DNA from: Octopus vulgaris
Lineage: Eukaryota
Assembly: GCA_951406725.2 (NCBI GenBank)
Contig: OX597820.1
Span: 124,868,001-124,932,000 of the forward strand
Direction of reading: 5' to 3'
DNA: 64,000 nt
The notes under the pieces were generated by a model. That model saw only the letters and a list, made by a program, of their open reading frames with translations. It had not been told where the DNA came from and did not search any database. Below, one piece after another: positions 27,556-43,609 of this stretch (positions within the stretch are counted from its first letter, which is position 1; every line of letters begins with the position of its first letter). The translations under genes and the position numbers were made by a program.

Positions 27556-30500
27556 ACATATACATACATATATGTAAACACGGGCGCAGACACACAATCA
27601 CAGACACACATACATACACACACACACACACACACAAACACGTATATGTATATGAAGGTAGAAAAATTTTGCAGTTCGCATATATTTCCATTTACGACAA
27701 GCACTAAGATGTACAGAGACAGTAAACTATTATTCACGCCTGTTGAGAATAGATGTTTGGACTCATGGAAACAATGCCGAGAGCGCTTAAGCGTTCGTCT
27801 ACTTGAAAACAAGAACGCAGACATTTACAATAATACTTAAAAGCAAATTAAATAGTCGTACATTTATTATTGTTTATACATTATGTTCTTTTTTTTTTTG
27901 TCTGTTACTGTTTCTGTGCATTTGCTGCTGCTGCTGCTCCTGTTATTATCGTCGCTGATGTTAATTTTGATTAGTTCTACTTTAGCCTTCATCGAACATA
28001 TATCTGGGAAATGTCATTCCAGTTGCAGACATCTACATTTTTGCAGAGGCAATGTATCTAAGAATATGATATACAATGTTTTTACCTCTTTAAATAAAAG
28101 TAGGCATGATTGGAGCGAAATTTAACTAATTTTAGCAAATTTAAAGAAATATGAACCGCTTCATTGTTGGTTTAATCAAATTAAATGTCACACGGTTACA
28201 TTATAGAAGCAATGCGGTATCCTTGTAAAAAATGTCATTGACGTATTTCGGATTAGAATTTGTCTTGCTTGTTTGGGAAAATTTTGTTATAAATATATTT
28301 TGGAAAGTTTTCAAGAAAATAGGTGAAAAGCAAATGAAAGGAGCAAAATGAAAAAAAATAGAATGAAATTACTTAACATAATTATTAACATATGGGTTGA
28401 ATTGTTTACATTATTGAAACGCATGTTTTCCTCTACATGTTAACGAAATAATGAAGGGTGATAATTCGTCAACTTAACGTTTCTATAAATTCACAAATAT
28501 CTTCCTCTTCAGTTTCATCCTCTTCCTTCTCGTCATTATCTTCATTATCAAGGTCATTTTAGATTACTGTCGGAACGTACGTAGTCTGCATTAATTTTTC
28601 AGAAGTGCTCTGTTCAGTGAGTTTCTTTTCCTTACCATTTCTTTTAGTTACCAGATATTCTAAATATTTGCAATTCTTCTTCCTTTTAAATCAATTGATC
28701 CTTGGGTATGTCCTATATTCATTTTCTCTTCTGCATCCTTTCCAAGACGCCCTTGCCAATGATTCCTCTTGTACTGTAGTATAGCCTACTTACCACGCAT
28801 ATAAGCAGACGTGTTAGTAATAATATAAAACTTGAATGTATGTGTTTATCTGTGGTCTTGTATTAGTTCACACAACAGTCTGTTCGCTGAATCCAATTGG
28901 TTAATCGACATTTCAGACATTAATGATAGTAAATTACACCGATATGTACTGTACTATTTGATAAGATGGAGAAGAAATTAGGAAACAAAGAGACTTATCT
29001 TCAATGAGAGACAATTAAAGACTTTAAATCAACGTCACTTTCAAAATTAATTGCCAGTGTAATGATAGTGTCTACCAGATTTAAAGCTTTTACTAAAGTT
29101 ATAAGTGGAAAGTTTGTTCTTTCAGACTGCATTCATACATTCGGTCAAGTCAATTTATGACGATTTCTAAAATATATATATGTAACTATTCAAATCTTTC
29201 GCTCCCCCCCCACTATCTCTATCTCTGTATATATGCATAAACATATATACATATGTTTGTAGTGGGATTGTGATCTCTGTGTGTCTGTGCATGTGTGTAT
29301 TCTGTAGTTACGAAATCTTGTTATATCACATATTTTAGCCAGCCTTCTTTAGTGAAGGCTGAGATCCAGGGAGCCAATAAAATAATCATTCAACTTTAGA
29401 TTCGCAGAGTCCACTTCCCAACAAATGTTACAATTTTGCTTATCTAGCTCCATTAATTTTCACATTAGCTTTTCTTTTATTTTAACTATCAATTGTTCTA
29501 TATTCCATCATGTCTGGGTTAACAATGTATTTTCGTCTATAAATATCAAGCAGGAAATATTAAGAAAATATGTTTTTTTATTAAACATCGAATTACTCTT
29601 GATATATTTTTATATGAAGAAAATATATCTTTTAATAAAGATAAAATTTGTTCCGTAATGTGTTATGCGAAAGAAGTCTATCTATACAATAAGAACAGTG
29701 TTGAAAGAGGACATTGCATCTGTTGTTCCTAACTTCAAAGGTATTTAGGGAATTTCGTTGGGGATTTAATACACATGATAATTATCGTCGGTGTAGTATG
29801 TTAACTTATAATTCAAAGATTCCCATTTAGAGAACGCTATTCATTCGCCAGATGGTTTTCAGTATCAAATATTTCTCTTTTTGCACCCTATACTATTTTC
29901 TCTTTTCTTTCTGTCTCATAATTTATTTTACCATGTACTATTAAATATTTATTACTTGTTTGAGATAATCTTAGATGGCTAGTGCTTCCAGGATCCGTGG
30001 TCGAAGGAGGAAATATTTCTAGTAATAAAGACTTAAAGTAATAAAGGCTTATGATTTTGTCGATAATTAATATTTTACAATCACATGATCTCAATGGTTC
30101 TGGGGATAATTAATCTTTTCTTTGGTTAATCATTTAGCCAAAGCGGTGCTTTTTAAACTTAAGGTATTGCACGCTCGAAGAAATCAGTTAACGTGTCGAA
30201 TGTTTTATTATTTTGCCGTTTTATTTGTTTTGAGAATTAAAATTGTTAAACCGTCTGTTACTGATAGGTATTGTTTCTGGTATTATAGCGTGTTCTATTG
30301 ATATATCTACAAATACTTTTTCCAACTAGAATTTTGAAATTATATAATTGTCTACTGCCCTTCTCTGTTCTTGAGATGATTTGATGAGTATTACCATTCC
30401 CTAATCTCACAATTTACCCTCTATTTCTGACACACTGATGTGTATGTCCCTTTAAGTATTTTTTTTATTAAATCACAATAGATTTTATATGTGTACGAGT

Positions 30501-30654
30501 ATGTATGTGTGTGTGTGTGTAAAAAGAAAAGAATAAAAGATATGTTCTTTGTTCCATTTATTTAGTTCGTTTGGTATTCTTGATTCCCTATGTCTTGCTG
30601 TGACTCTAGCATATTTTAATAAACTTTCTTCTATGTTACTTACACAGGAGTCTA

Positions 30655-30782
30655 TTATTATTATTATTGTTGTTGTTGTTGCTGTTGCTGTTGTTGTTGT
30701 TGTTGTTGTTGCTGTTGTTGTTGTTGTTGTTGTCGTTGCTGTTGTTGTTGCTGTTGCTGCTGCTGCTTTTACTATTATTATT
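30655..30782. repeat. (TTA)n/(GTT,GCT)n trinucleotide microsatellite
   Basis: Direct reading. Confidence 0.9.
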
Positions 30783-31049
30783 GCGTGAGAGCTGCGCATG
30801 CCACCAAATGGACACTGGGGCACATATATACCAAGCTTAATATATCAATCATGACTGATAAGAGTACACAATATATGCGTTACATTGTCATCATGCACCA
30901 AGACAAACAACACCTGTGCTTAATGGTAGGGTCCTTTAAGTTCCACTCCCACGTCTTTCTTTCCAGACTTCTGCTGCTCTGCGGCTTTCGTCACCGTAGC
31001 CTACTAATCCACTGAGATGTAAGTGAAAGCGTACAAAATGAAGATGCTT

Positions 31050-31880
31050 GCGTAGCCTGCTCCTGGAAGGAAATACTAGGGGTTACCATCGACATAGTGT
31101 AAATTCTTCTGGAAGATACCGATGATTTCCATTACCTCCGGCGCATCCTCCCACATTCCATAATGTGTTAAAGTGTCATCCCTCATCGCACCAAACCTGC
31201 TCATTGAATTTTTTGAAGACTCAACAAGCGTGCATTCATCAACCATGGGCTCTTTCTCCGAACAATTCTCATAATGATCCATGCTGTTGTCATCTCCACC
31301 TTACTCTACGCTTCAGAGACCTGAGCCTTGTATCAAAAAGGCCTGAAAAAAAAATGAGCGTTTCCAACAAACTATCTCCAGCAGATCTTCAATATCAAAT
31401 AGCAGGACCTATGCACCAACAACGAAGTACTTAATCGCTGAGAAATGCCAAGCAGTGAAGCTGCCATCCTCAAGAATTGCTTCAAGGGGTCAGGATCTGT
31501 CATCCGAATGGGTAATTGTAGATTCCCGGGATCATCCTCAGTAGTGAGCTCGTCAACGGCAAACGATATCGAGAAACTCCAAATCGCACATTCAATAAGC
31601 AACTGAAGTTTTCCCTCCTTCAAGGTTGAATCAACAGTAACACATGGGAAGCAACAGCCGTTTAACCTCCATCCTGGCGAAGAGCAATTCATTTCAGTTG
31701 TTCCACTTTCGAACAGAGGAGAAATACTGAAGAAGTAAAAAGAAAGCAACACAAAACCCGGCAGCTCCAGCTGAGACAACCACCCGCCCTGCCATGCAAT
31801 CAATGCCTGAAACTTCCATTCCCGACGTGGCCTTGTAAATCATTCCAGGTTTACCCATCATGGAGGCACTGGATGAAGTA
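31050..31880 (+). mobile_element. decayed RTE-clade LINE 3' region
   Basis: Manual translation across stops and frameshifts gives AVVISTLLYASET*, YLQQIFNIK*QDLCTNNEVL, SVIRMGNCRFP, SSELVNGKR and a degenerate C-terminal C2H2-like FHSRRGLVNH. Confidence 0.7.
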
Positions 31881-32379
31881 AACTGGGACTCGAGTGGTGA
31901 TGACGGTGATATAAAGAGCAAAACAAAAGTAATATAAAGAATGACCACTTGTGTATACAATCCAGGCACTGATATTTATTCAGCAAACTGAATTCAGCCC
32001 CCAGCCACGTTATGTTAAATCCCTTCGAATTACACCGGATGTTCAATGAATTGGTTACCAGTCAACGGCGTTGAAAGACAAAGGTTAAAGTTGCCGTGGA
32101 GAAAGACCTGGCTGACATAGAAGGCATTGGAGCATTGGAAAAGTGTCACTTGTATCATGATGGTTTCCGTTGGATATCAAATGTGGATATTTGACTTCCA
32201 TGACTGATGTTCAATGCTCTATCAATAGGCGTTAAATATGAAACCGAGAGCTGCAATGGAGTCTACGAAGTTGTGGCCAGCAGGAAGGGTCACGGCAGGT
32301 GTTCTGCCAACGTCAGCAGAACGCCTTAAGTCAACATGCCGGAATCTATCCGACAACCCAAGAAACAATGCTTTTGGCT

Positions 32380-32835
32380 CAAATCGGACGTCAATGTGAA
32401 GATGCTGAAGACTAGTCAATCCTTGTTTGAAGAGGGTTCCTGCTGGGAAGCCATATGTGTGTGTCAATAGGATTCGGCACCCAGCCATACTTGAGGAAAA
32501 TATGCAGCTCCAATTTTTAGCCTCGTGATAACCCCAATTGTAATTCAACGAATTACAAGGTGTCCAGTGCGGTCGGCAAAAACGCCACGGCACTGCCTGC
32601 AGCACTATGGTCAAGGTGGTGACCAATATCAAGGAAAAGTTCAAAATTCTTTCCATGGACACAATGAGCTACGCATGTGATAGGCTTGGGAGCTGTCTTG
32701 CTGTCATGCTGGAACTGTTATTTCGAACATCATCTAGTGGATATTTTCTGATTAAAAAAAAAATTATTTATTTGAGACGTTGTGTTTTCTGTCATTTTTA
32801 TGGAAACCGTTAAATTTAGCCCGAAAACCCTTTGG
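32380..32835 (+). mobile_element. Tc1/mariner transposase C-terminal remnant
   Basis: GKPYV..Q*DSAPSHT, F*PRDNPNCNSTNYKVSSAV (cf. WPPNSPDCNPLDY) and ACDRLGSCLAVM (cf. ACARFRSRLEAV). Confidence 0.7.
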
Positions 32836-34181
32836 ATGCAGATCGCGCTACGGGACAATTACAACAGCGTAAATGCGGTTTATTTCCAAGACGGCCCAGT
32901 ACAATATAAAATGACACGAGCGCACAGCATGGCTGTAAAATGAAAAATTATCTAAATATATCAGAACACTCTGTTTAACACCCATCAACTACAAAGATTG
33001 TAAAAGAAGTGCAGCAGTTAACTTCAGAATAATTCCATCTTGCATACTTCTGCTGTGTGCAGAAATAACATTAATGTATAGGGTGGAACTATTGTTATAC
33101 TGCATTCTCTATGTTAAAATATGCAGAATAACCATCATCTACGTGAAGCTAATTACAAAGACAGTATAAGATGAATCCTTGTGTCATGCAACGTACAGGT
33201 TCTTCTTGATTAGGACTGAGCTGACAAAGTTTTCATGGTCAGAAAATGAGCGAAAATATGTTTGGTCAGGGTTGAACAGAAGCTAAATATTAATAGCGGT
33301 AACAGTAACAACAAAACAACACCAACAAAATCAACCAAAGCATTACAGTAACCATGTTTCCGCAAATATTTATTTAAGTAAAAGAATTCAAGGTAATTCG
33401 TCATTAACAGATAAATGACGGTTAACCTCAAGAAGACTGTAGACATATTTATGTCACTGGACGAACGTTTCACTAATTACACAGTACAGTAACTCGCTAT
33501 ATGCAACAGAATGAATATTAGATTAAAATAGATTTCGGTATATTATACTAAATATAGATACATTGCGAAAAGCTAGGTCGGAGTGTTATTCGTCCGGAGA
33601 GCGATTATCTCTTATAGAAAAGTTGTGTTTAATATCTCTTTTAAACATAGAAAGTCGATAACTTTTTTTTCATCTGGAGGAATACCACAGAAAGATTGTT
33701 TGTCACTATGCACCTTTATTAGTTATGATACACAAATGCCAAAGTCAGCTGAAGTACATCTTATCGGTTCATACAAAAAAATCACATTCTTGCATTCCAT
33801 TTGAGTAGAAACGTTGACTTCATCAATAATCTTAGTATGATTGAAGGTTACATGAACGAAACAAATTAGCAAAGAAAACGGTCAAATATAATTAGGATCG
33901 TATTGAAAGGAAATAACGCTAATTAAATCAAATATTTTACTTCCTGTACAATAAATTCAACATAATCAATATAATCAGTCTACAAAAATAGAGAGGAAGC
34001 TGTTCCTTGTAAAATATTAATCGTAAATGTTCAAGAGTAAACTATACTCTTGTGGTAAACATACAAATCATCAATTGCAATCACTTTAAACACAAATGTG
34101 ATTGTGTAATATTATTTCGTAAATTTAAGTTCCCTATATATGCCACAGAAACACCCAACACACATTACAAACGCATAAATT

Positions 34182-36850
<2,669 letters not shown>

Positions 36851-36859
36851 AAAGACACA

Positions 36860-37800
36860 GAAAGAAAAGACAAGAAAAAAGAAAAAGGTGCGTATGTAGC
36901 ACATGCAAAGTATTAATAAGACGCTCAGAAAGGAAAGAGAGGAAACAGGAGACATAGCAAAGTCCAACAGGATGGAGGGGGAAAAACATCGTCAAGAGAG
37001 CGCGTGTAGCTATAAAAATTAAAACACATTGTTAGTAGTACAAATAATACAAATTATGAGTAGGAACTGGTAAAATAAAGTCACAAAGGGAAAAGATTGC
37101 ATGAAGAGATCAGTGACAGAAATAAATTTTTAAAAATAACAATAAAAGCTGAAAATATAAAAATTTAAATATAATAAAAATTAAATAAAATTAATAAAAG
37201 AAATAAAAAATTAATTAAAATTAAAATAGTTAAGTGGATAAAAAATAATATAGAATGAAAAATAATAATTACATATAATAAAAAGATCAAAATAACAAGT
37301 ATAACAGCGTCAGAAATAAATGCATAAAAAACGAATAAAGATGGGATAAAAAAATAACCGAATAAAAAATAGGAAAATAAACGATAAAAATTGTTAAATA
37401 AACGGTAAAAGTTGTTTTTAAAATAAATAAAAGTAAAAAATAAATGACTGAAAATAAGATGGGGTAAAATTTTATTTTTTACGCAAGGTCTAGGGACAGT
37501 CATTGAGAGGAGGGAGTTGTGTGGAGTCCGAAAGGTTTTTAGATATGTAGAGTAAAGATGTAACGCAGTTCCAGGCGGAGTCTAGAGTTGGTGGGTCCAT
37601 TATGTAAGGAAGACGGGAGACGGTGATATTTGAGGTGGAGTCGTTGACCAAGCGAAAATGATGGGTGACGGCGATGTCTGTACGTAGACGCACATCCTGT
37701 AGGTGTCCAGTGAACCGGTCGGCTAGCCGACGGCCCGTTTGGCCAAGGCCAAGTTTGCTGCAAAGTTTAAACCTGATGCAGTAAATAAAACCGAAGTGCT
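36860..37800 (-). mobile_element. Penelope-like element 3' part (GIY-YIG remnant plus terminal repeat)
   Basis: FIYCIRFKLCSKLGLGQTGRRLADRFTGHLQDVR...VTHHF and RLRLELRYIFTL from track ORFs 37490-37852 and 37539-37763; terminus abuts the (TA)n array. Confidence 0.8.
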
Positions 37801-37902
37801 TTTTTAATGTTCCTAATGTAGAGATTGTGTTGGTTTCTTTGTTGACGGGCATATTTTCGAAATATCTTATAAACGTGAAATTAATTATATTATACTACAA
37901 AA

Positions 37903-38718
37903 AGTTCTGAGGAATAAGGCGGAAGAGAAATTTTCTCTCAGCCAAGTTCCTCCATTTTCTGTGACGTGGGGTGCTCCATTGCCTTGATGAAACAGCACTC
38001 GCTTTCCATTCACTAACGAAGGCCTTTTTTCTTCAAAATAACTTCCAAGCTCTCTAATTGCTGACAGTGGATTTGGATATTAATTGTTGCATTAGTTGGG
38101 AGAAATTCAAAGTGGATGATTCATTCAAAGTTCCAATAAACAGATAAAAAGCCTTATTTGCATGTAGTTCTCGTTTTGGTAGTGGTAGATTTTAGTTCTG
38201 CGTAGTTTCCCTCTTCACCAAACCAATGTCTACAAGGCTAAACGTTTTGGTAACAGATCCATGTTTCCACACCGGTCATCAGCCTATCCAAAAAGGGACA
38301 GATGAGTTTACAAGAACGAAGAGAAAAGCACTCGGGACTTGCAGCTGGCTTCATACAAATCATGAAGCAACAATTTTCAGAGTTGTTGAAGATGGTAGTG
38401 AATAGTTATATGGCTTGAACGAAGCTTGCTCGCAAATTCTTCAACTGAAACTACATGATCTTGAAATTCTGCCAAAAGGAAATTGTCATTTAACTCAAAT
38501 GGTCATCATGTTTGAGTCTCATCTTTAAGGCTGAAATCACTTCTGAATTTTATAAACCGTCTTCTGCAAGTTCTTTCATTCAGTCATTCTCCTTCATAAG
38601 CTCAGTTAGTATTTTTACCTTCAGCTGCAATTTTTCCTTTTTTAAACTCATAAAACAATATATGCCTCAAATGCTCCTTATATATTTCCAGGTTATTCGC
38701 TATAAAGAGCTATAATTA
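37903..38718 (-). mobile_element. mariner (DD34D-type) transposase pseudogene, no TIRs seen
   Basis: KEHLRHILFYEFKKG, FLDRLMTGVETWICYQN, LSVYWNFE*IIHFEFLPTNATIN, VLFHQGNGAPHV, LPPYSSEL; truncated at the YSPDL motif. Confidence 0.85.
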
Positions 38719-39153
38719 GTGAAATTAATTATACTACAAAATGGAATTTAATTAGCTTACATATGTCCAAATAGATATTTCTTGATGTTATTAGACATTA
38801 AAAAACTGCTAAAATGTTGAGAAACCAAGACATTACTTATGGGAGGAGATGATATATAAGTAATATTCGAACTTCGAGCATATATGCAGAAGTATCCTGA
38901 TTGAACAATTTCATTGTTTAAGCTACCGATTGTCGTCCATGGTTACGATATAATTGTCACTGGATCTACGTCAGGGATTCCGCAGTGTTCACTGCGTTTA
39001 TAATGAATGAGGGAAACGGAAAATGGATTTACTAATGGATGTAAAACAACTGGATGTAAAATATCCCAACGAGAGTGGACAGAAGCAAGCTGGGTCGAAA
39101 CAACGGTTGTGTTGAATAAAAAGTCTTGGTAATCCATTTTCATTTTCCCTCAC

Positions 39154-39217
<64 letters not shown>

Positions 39218-39394
39218 TATAGGGAATAGTAAAACAGTTGTTAACAACTGACGAGCGAGCTATCTTCTATTCGTATTTTGTCTTTCGTGCGCTTACTTAT
39301 TTTTCACTCGTTGGTGGTATCCTATACTTACTTAATGAGTATTTTATATATATATATATCTATATATATATGTCTATCTATGTATCTATCTCTC

Positions 39395-39457
<63 letters not shown>

Positions 39458-39519
39458 TCATACATACATAGATACATATTCATTAAATATATGCTCAAAT
39501 TGATATTACCTGTGCAGCA

Positions 39520-39615
39520 GGTGTTCACTGTGCCGCAGATCAGATGGTCCATGAATCGAAACCACGATTTCATGATAGCGAATACAAGACGCTTAAGCAC
39601 TTGGCCATCGCTTTC
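39520..39615 (-). mobile_element. tRNA-derived SINE head remnant (family C)
   Basis: Plus-strand GAATCGAAACCACGAT...CACTTGGCCA is the reverse of A/B boxes; similar to 50560-50682. Confidence 0.4.
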
Positions 39616-39903
39616 CCACACACATAAACATATCCAGATAAATGTTTATCTTTCTCTCATTCGATCTATCTATTTATGTACTTATTAATAATTGATATGC
39701 TCGTGATATAAACCGGGAAAATAGAAATCCTATTGGACGTAGGATGTTATATGAAATCATTTTAGCTCTACTTTAGCATAAGTATCGTATTGCAGTTGCA
39801 TGAGAATATATTAAAAACTACATTACATGTACCGCATATGTACGCACCGAATCACTGTTACACATACATATGCATACATATATATATGCATGTATCTGTA
39901 TAT

Positions 39904-39962
<59 letters not shown>

Positions 39963-42239
39963 AGCATATTTGTACATGCATTCACACACAATGTATTGTG
40001 TGACTCTGTGCATGTAAAAGTTTGTTTTTTTATGTAATTATAAGTTCCTCATTGCACAGAATAAATCAAATATTACAACACAAAATAATAAAGAGATGAA
40101 AATCGATAGACTTAATACGTAAATCCGGTTTCTGTTCTTAATCAGATATATGTTAACGAAAAAATATTCCAGATATCTATTAAAACACTCACATCGCAGC
40201 AGACACACATGAACACACATACATGAATAGAGAATATTCTTGCATATACACAAACTTCTATACCTAGAAGTATTTTGATATGAACATATGTATGATTTTT
40301 TTTGTAAATGCGTATAATGTTTCAGAAAAATGAATTGTAAATAATATTCTTGTTTATCCTAAGAATATCTTGATTTGTTTTATGTTGATCTAAGATGAAT
40401 TATTGCATATTGCATAAAAACGAATCAGTATATATTATATTTGTGTTAATCTTACAATCACTACAGTTTTCTCTATTTAGTTCTTAAGATCATCAGCACT
40501 TTGCAATAATACATTGTTTGATGTACCTTAAATACAAACGTTTTTAGAAGCATATATTACACTATAGTATTACTGTTTTCCAGTTTCGATTCCACCCTGA
40601 TGGAGCAAATACACGATAAAATATATTACCATACCATAGTTTATCCAGACATTCATTGTACCATGTCATTGGACAATTTTCTAAATAAATAATTTCTGCA
40701 TCAAGGACTTAGAGTGCAGTGCAGATTTAAATGTCATTAGTATTCTCTTTCTCATTGCAATTATAATTCCATTTAATGAAACAAACTATATTCGGTATAC
40801 AAGTTTGTGTATGGAAGGCTGCACCTAACTACAAACTCATCATAGAGAATGAACATTGCGAACATTCTCCAATAATATTATATGTTTATTTCTTTTCATT
40901 TGTCTCGCTCGTAAGCATCTAGCATCTTACTAAGTTGAGAACACAGTGTTATTGTTAAGATGTCTTGACGTCTATTTTTAGCATACAATGGATGCACATA
41001 GTGATCTCTCATATTTTTTTATATTCAAATAGAATTCACGGTCCTCGGACATTTCTAAATATGCTGACCACTGGTTGAAATTGATATTATTTGATAATAT
41101 TAATTTCTACGATTATAATAACATGATTTTCCAGGAAATGATTTTATCTTGAATATTTTTGTAAATATTCATACTTGTTATCACTGTGAATAATAAACTA
41201 AAACAAAAGTTTACCTCCCTTGTTAACTGAAAATTGGGATTATCGAAATTAGTCTCATCTTCATTTGGTGATGCATAAAGGTAATTACACCTTTTGCCCG
41301 TCCACCAAATAATTCGTACAAGTATAGTGACTTATATAGAACACAATGTGGCAATATAGTTCAGGTTTTATTTGCTAAAGACTGCAATCTTTGGGAGTGT
41401 GTTTAATTGATAATTTGAAGATTACAAAGTAGTCTTTATTAGTTAAGCTTTATTAGTTAAGTGTTAATGAATTGAATATATGCTAATAGTTTTATCTTTC
41501 AAATTGCTGCAAGGTTCTTTGTTAGGTGGATATAGAGTGAAATAAGAATTTCTTTGTTGAAGGGGCATAATTTCGAAATATCTTATAAACGTGACATCGG
41601 AGAAGTTTAATCATGAATATTTCGCTTCGAATTCCATACTTTGATCGAAAATGTTGACTGTTTTGATTAATTGTGTCTATAAATATTAACTATGTATTTA
41701 TTGCTCGTGGCCTTCGAAATATTGAATCACTTATAACTCGCTATTTTCTTCATCAAGGATGCTAGATGCTACCTGTTACAATTTAGTTCCATCAGCATAG
41801 CCGACTTTACCGCAAAATTTTATCAAACTTAGCAAGAAATATTGTCAAAAATAAAATGTCTTATGGCCTTGCATAATGACATACAATTCGCTTTAAGTAT
41901 AATTACTGTACCTTCTTGTGGTATGGGTAGACATTTATCTCTAATGATACAACTCTACGTTCTACTAGATATATGTGCATTTGCGGAAACTTTCGAACCG
42001 GTGACCTGCCTACTAAAACAGATTCAAGTAAATGCTAAATAATAGGTCAATATTTGCTCTCATATCAGATACGATTGCTGTTTAAATCATTTAGCGTTAC
42101 AAGAAATATGATTCTAATTAATGGTAGGTATTTCAGTCGTACTTTCAAATTTCTTTTTATTTCTCTACTGTCGCCAGTAGGATTGTCAAATTGTGGCATT
42201 GAGATTCATAGAAGCTGCCAGTCTGAACTCCTGAAAGGA

Positions 42240-42530
42240 CTGTGAAGTGCTGGTGCAGCTGTAATATCTGCAGGATTATGGGTTTCTATTGACGGATTTG
42301 GTATCCAACCAAGTTCTCATTCAGAATCTGGGATGCTTCCTGTTATTTGTATGATTCGGGAAGGCTAGCACAGACTGTTTGGCCACGTAGCACGATTTTC
42401 CGTGTTAGAACCTGCTTACTGTGTTCTCTTCATTAAGGAGCCGGTTGGGTTGTCAGCTCGTGTTTGTCGACTACATGGCAGATGGGCACGAGAGGTAAGG
42501 AGGAATCTCGTGGAGAAGGGGCATTGTTGG
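42240..42530 (+). mobile_element. RTE-like LINE 3' remnant
   Basis: CMIREG*HRLFGHVARFSVLEPAYCVL carries the RTE-type L(F/W)GHVAR motif. Confidence 0.55.
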
Positions 42531-43524
42531 GACTCTGCTGCATAAGTTGCGCGGGATAAATACACTAAAGTGCATTCCCGTTATTTTACAAATTTGTTCC
42601 TTGAATATTTCAGATTTTTCATTCTTACCTGTTTTTATAGATGCGTGTGTACTTTTTTTAATGATAGAAATCGGGAAATTTCTTGGTGACAATACGGGGA
42701 GTCTTTATACAAGAATTATGTAAAAACACATATGTTAAGTGGATTAGGTGCCTATCGAAAAAAAAACGTACGAATTTGAATTGGTGGAACAACATTGTAT
42801 TAACTATAAAGTTGATCAAAAGAGACGTTAACTTAAATATATCCAAGTGGAGACCGTCATTTGTTATCGATCCATAGCTATCGTTAACTCTGTATGAAAA
42901 GAAATAAAATAGCTTAATATTGCTCCAATAAATGTGTATATTTTGCACGTAATAGGTACTTTCATTTTTAGACGGGTGATTTCCATTTTATGAAGAAGGC
43001 TACACGGTGTTTTGATGTCACGAAAGGCCGAATTGTGTGAAATTCGTGCTAAATGATATAAAGAGCTCTTTTGCTGTCAGTATATCTACAGCAATGATGG
43101 CCTGAAGTATGCAATGGAGAGGTAGTATTAGAGAATGGATGAGACGGGTGCAATAACTCAATCTTGTTCCCGCCCAAACATTATTCAAGGAAATGCTTTT
43201 TGGCATACACAACTATTGTAAGCACTCGCGTGGTAACATTTCATTCCATAGTCGAAAATCCCTTCCCTAGTCTAGCAGCTTCAATCTAGCAGCTATAGAA
43301 GAAAAAACAAATCATATTACCCCGAGTTGAATCTTTGTGGCAAATATTACTTGCAATATTGATATTGCTAATGCAGTAATATTGTAAGTAATCATCGAGC
43401 AAAACTATCCAGCATTCCACGCTGTAATATGAAGATGTGTCGGGTACTGAGCAAAATGAAATCCATACAGACACACACACACACATACATATCATATACA
43501 TACACACATATATATGTATTTGTA

Positions 43525-43573
<49 letters not shown>

Positions 43574-43609
43574 TCACACAGAGTGAGAGATGTAGAACAT
43601 TAAAGAAGA

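Noticed and set aside
31372-32662. Minus-strand 143-aa and 146-aa ORFs as host exons
   Set aside because: Largely antisense to decayed RTE and Tc1/mariner coding remnants; no recognisable domain.
39240-39330. CTGACGA hammerhead-like core at 39248-39254
   Set aside because: No correctly placed GAAA or supporting stems downstream.
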